A stretch of 64,000 bases of DNA from an uncultured delta proteobacterium (GTDB lineage Bacteria; Desulfobacterota; Binatia; UBA9968). The position numbers and the translations under genes are program-made. Shown piece after piece: positions 61,036 to 64,000 of the stretch (the first letter of the stretch is position 1; every line of letters begins with the position of its first letter). The stretch spans positions 160,001 through 224,000 of the forward strand of contig CAWJZV010000046.1 of the NCBI GenBank assembly GCA_963847445.1, given 5' to 3'. Under the pieces are notes generated by a model. That model had not been told where the DNA came from. It worked only from the letters and a program-made list of their open reading frames with translations, and did no database searches.

Positions 61036-62149
61036 TCAATGCAGCAGCATATGCGCAACGACTTCGAAGGCGACGATTCCGAGGGTGACGACCGAGGCGG
61101 CGAGCACGAAGGTCGTGCGCCGCTTTTCCAAGGTCGTCATGGTTTTTAGCTGGGCTGGAACTTTGGCGTCAATCCTCAGCTTTCTGGCATGGGACAATGT
61201 GTAGAGATTGGCGATAGCGGCGAGTGTCGTGAGCGCGAGCACCGGCACGCGCAGCAGGCTTTGGTCGAGGAATGTCAGCAGGCCGGCTAGGCCGAACACG
61301 CTGCCGGCTCCTAACGCAACTGCCAATGGTCCGATCAGTGTGACCACGGCGCAGGGCGCGCCGAGGATGCCGAAGATGATCGCGCCGATGCTGGTCGCCT
61401 CTGGCTGGCGAATGCTCGGGTGGATCGCCGATCAAGCGCGTCGCGTTATCGCCGAGCAGACGATAGGCGGAAACCGGATCGCGAAAACCCTTGAGCATGA
61501 CTTGTTCGGAAGTTGCCGCGGCGAAGTTCGCGGCGTGCTTTCGATAACTTTCCTCGCTGATGAGCACTTCGCCGGCGCTGGCTTTGCTTTGCAGGCGCGC
61601 CGCCAGATTGACCACGTCGCCGATCGCCGTGTAGTCCTTCGAGTCGTCGGAACCCAAGCGGCCGACGCGAGCAAAACCGGTGGCGATGCCGATGGAGGCC
61701 TTCAGGTTTAAGCCAAAATTCGCTCCGAGAGTTTTTAGCGCCATGCTCAATTCGGTCGCCGCGGTGACCGCGCGCAGAGCATGGTCGTCGTGGCGGATCG
61801 GCACGTTGAACAGCGCCATGACCGCGTCGCCGACATATTTGTCGATGAACGCGCCATGCTTGACCAACACTTCGGTGGCCATGCGCAGAAACGCATCGAC
61901 GACTTCGTGGGTCTTCTCCGCGCCCAAATCTTGGGTCATCTCGGTGAACGACGACAGGTCGGCGAACAGCACGGTGATTTCCACCATTCTCCCTTCTTCG
62001 ACATGGGTGCTGCAGCGGGTGCAGATGTTTGGATTGCGCGGGCTCCGTTTGATGCCGAAGGTGCGGTAGACGGCGCTCAGCGCACCGGACAGCATGGTGC
62101 CGCAGACGCTGCATTGTGCCGCCAGTTGCGGGCGCGAATGAACATGCAT
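61036..62149 (-). CDS. Class III adenylate/guanylate cyclase with N-terminal Cys ribbon and C-terminal TM helices (one indel)
   Basis: TVLFADLSSFT, IDKYVGDAVMA, IGIATG and YTAIGDVVNLAARLQ; N-terminal CSVC...CTRC. Confidence 0.88.
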
Positions 62150-62248
62150 AGGAGAAGAAGTAACGTAGGGTTAGCAACGCTGTCAATGTGATTGCTTCGC
62201 GTGCCGTTTACGGGAATAATGCGGCGACTCTCAGGAGGATTTATTTAC

Positions 62249-62601
62249 ATGTCGGATCACTTATCATGACGAGAACGATTTGAAGTTGATGCGCGAGATG
62301 CGCAAGCTGGCGCCGGACGATTTCAACGCCTGGCTCGGCCTCGAGAAAACTGTCGGGCGCGATAACGGCGCGATTCCCGCGTAAGTACCGCGAGTTGATC
62401 GCCATCGCCGTGTCGGCGACGACCCAGTGTCCGTACTGCATGGAAGCCCACGCCAAGGCGGCCCACGCCGCTGGCGCGACGCGGGAAGAAGTTGTCGAAG
62501 CGTCTTTTATCGCTGCGGCGCTGCGCGCCGGCGCGGCAGCAACCCACGGCACCATGGCGCTCAAGTTTTTCGACAAGCAGGCGGAGCAGAAGAAGGAATA
62601 G
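62249..62601 (+). CDS. AhpD/carboxymuconolactone decarboxylase family protein (frameshifted)
   Basis: KYRELIAIAV...QCPYCMEAH...GATREE; RBS AGGAGG. Confidence 0.87.
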
Positions 62602-62667
62602 GCCGTCGTGTGGGGTGCGTAACTTGAAGCAGCAGTTCTCCGCTTACTCGCCGCGCGCGTTATTACT

Positions 62668-63087
62668 ATGCCGTTATTTTCATGCTCCGGAACCAGGCCG
62701 GCGAATTTGGGGGTCAAAGACGGCCAGTTGTCCGCCTGTCCGGCGTCGCCCAATTGCGTGTCGAGCGATGCGCGCCGATGACTGCTCATCGGTGTGCCGC
62801 CGTTTCAGCTTGATTGTGCCGCCGGACGATGGTTGGCGCGCGGTTCGAACGGCTATCGACGGACTACCGCGCACGAAGATCGATCAGTTCGACGGACGAT
62901 TATCTCCACGCCGAGTGCAGCAGCGCGGTGTTTGGCTTCGTCGACGATCTCGAATTGCACTTGCGGCCGGCGGAGAAGCTGATCGCGGTGCGTTCGGCCG
63001 TCGCGCCTCGGTCACAGCGACTTCGGCGTCAATCGCAAGCGGGTGGAGAACTTCGCTCGCTGCTGATCAAGCAAGGCTGGTCGTTGA
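62668..63087 (+). CDS. DUF1499-like protein (frameshifted)
   Basis: SG.RPANLGVKDGQL..CPASPNCVSS, YLHAEC.S..FGFVDDLE and SDFGVNRKRVE. Confidence 0.8.
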
Positions 63088-63162
63088 CGTCGAGACGCGA
63101 TGGAAACGTAAAGATCGATCAGTTGCGGCGCGAGCTTAAGGCTATCCAATTTGAGTCCTGAC

Positions 63163-64000
63163 ATGCTGAGCTACGACGTTGTCGAATGGGGCAAGCCGCT
63201 CGAAAAGATCGAGCGCGACGACGCCGGTGCCGAAGGGCACGGAGGTGCTCGTCAAGCTCAAGTACTGCGGTGTGTGTCACAGCGACGTGCATATCCGCGA
63301 CGGCTATTTCGATCTCGGCGGCGGCAAGCGGTTGCACATGAGCGAGCGCGGCATGGCGCCGCCGGTGACCTTGGGGCATGAACCGTACGGAACGGTTATC
63401 GCTGCTGGACCGGATGCCGGCGGCGTTGCCGATCGGCGAAGATCGCTTGATTTTTCCGTGGATCGGTTGCGGCGACGTGTGTGCGTTGCCGCGAGGGATG
63501 GATAACTACTGCATGGCGCCGAACATGATCGGCATCCAGCGACCCGGTGGTTATGCCGATCACCTAATCGTGCCGCATCCGCGCTATCTCGATCGACGCC
63601 AGCGGCATCGATCCGGTGTGGGCGGCGACGTTGTCATGCTCGGGGTTGTCGACTTATGCGGCGGTGTCGAAGCTAAAGCCGATACCGTCAGACGAATGGG
63701 TCGCTGTCATCGGCGCCGGCGGATTAGGTTTGTCGGCCATCGGCATGTTACGCGCGCTCGGACATGAGCGAATCGTTTCAGTCGACATCGACGCTGACTA
63801 AACTGAATGCCGCTCAGGCGGCGGGAGCAGCTGCGACGCTCAATAGCCGGAAGAGCGATGCGCCGCAGAGTCTAAAAGATATTACCCAAGGCGCTCTCTA
63901 CGGCGCAGTCGATTTCGTCGGCAGCACGGAAACGGCTGAGTTGGTGCTCGGCGGATTGCGCAAAGGCGGCAAGCTTGATTCTCGTCGGCTTATTCGGCGG
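63163..64000 (+). CDS. Zn-dependent alcohol dehydrogenase (frameshifted, runs off the window)
   Basis: CGVCHSD, LGHE, PWIGCG.C, CSGLSTY and IGAGGLG. Confidence 0.9.

Noticed and set aside
62249-62400. TGA near the start of the AhpD-like gene as a third Sec codon
   Set aside because: The TGA is out of the homologous frame because of an indel. The catalytic CPYC is encoded by normal Cys codons.

Overview
This is a GC-rich bacterial chromosomal window with no rRNA, tRNA, CRISPR array, integrase or transposase that I can recognise. The gene content (many stand-alone NMT1/SsuA-type binding proteins, split GcvP, AT-skewed palindromic intergenic repeats) suggests a Ca. Binatia / deltaproteobacteria-like soil genome; that is inference only. 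Many clearly functional genes are split by single-base indels, which points to an unpolished long-read assembly, so I merged ORF pieces into genes and their boundaries are approximate. Most of the window is housekeeping or metabolic: gcvPA/PB, TonB, TatA, ECF sigma/anti-sigma, a MoeB-sulfur carrier-CysM-NIL operon, threonine dehydratase, alkaline phosphatase, Pcs, class I aldolase, YajQ, MsrB, GloB and others. Highlights: (1) a co-oriented cluster at ~34.9-44.2 kb with three heme-oxygenase-like diiron (CADD/PqqC-fold) proteins, a His-tailed EutA-like ATPase with no EutBC, a bicupin, a DapA-family aldolase, a dihydroxyphthalate-decarboxylase-like protein and two binding proteins, which is the best candidate for an undescribed system; (2) two probable selenoproteins that the ORF track misses or splits, a UxxC glutaredoxin (15804-16037) and an OsmC-like protein (60462-60953), each with an in-frame TGA at the catalytic Cys position and a SECIS-like hairpin just downstream; (3) several families of short, sometimes nested, palindromic repeats, one of which appears to encode the signal peptide of a VOC protein; (4) a candidate structured RNA upstream of gloB.
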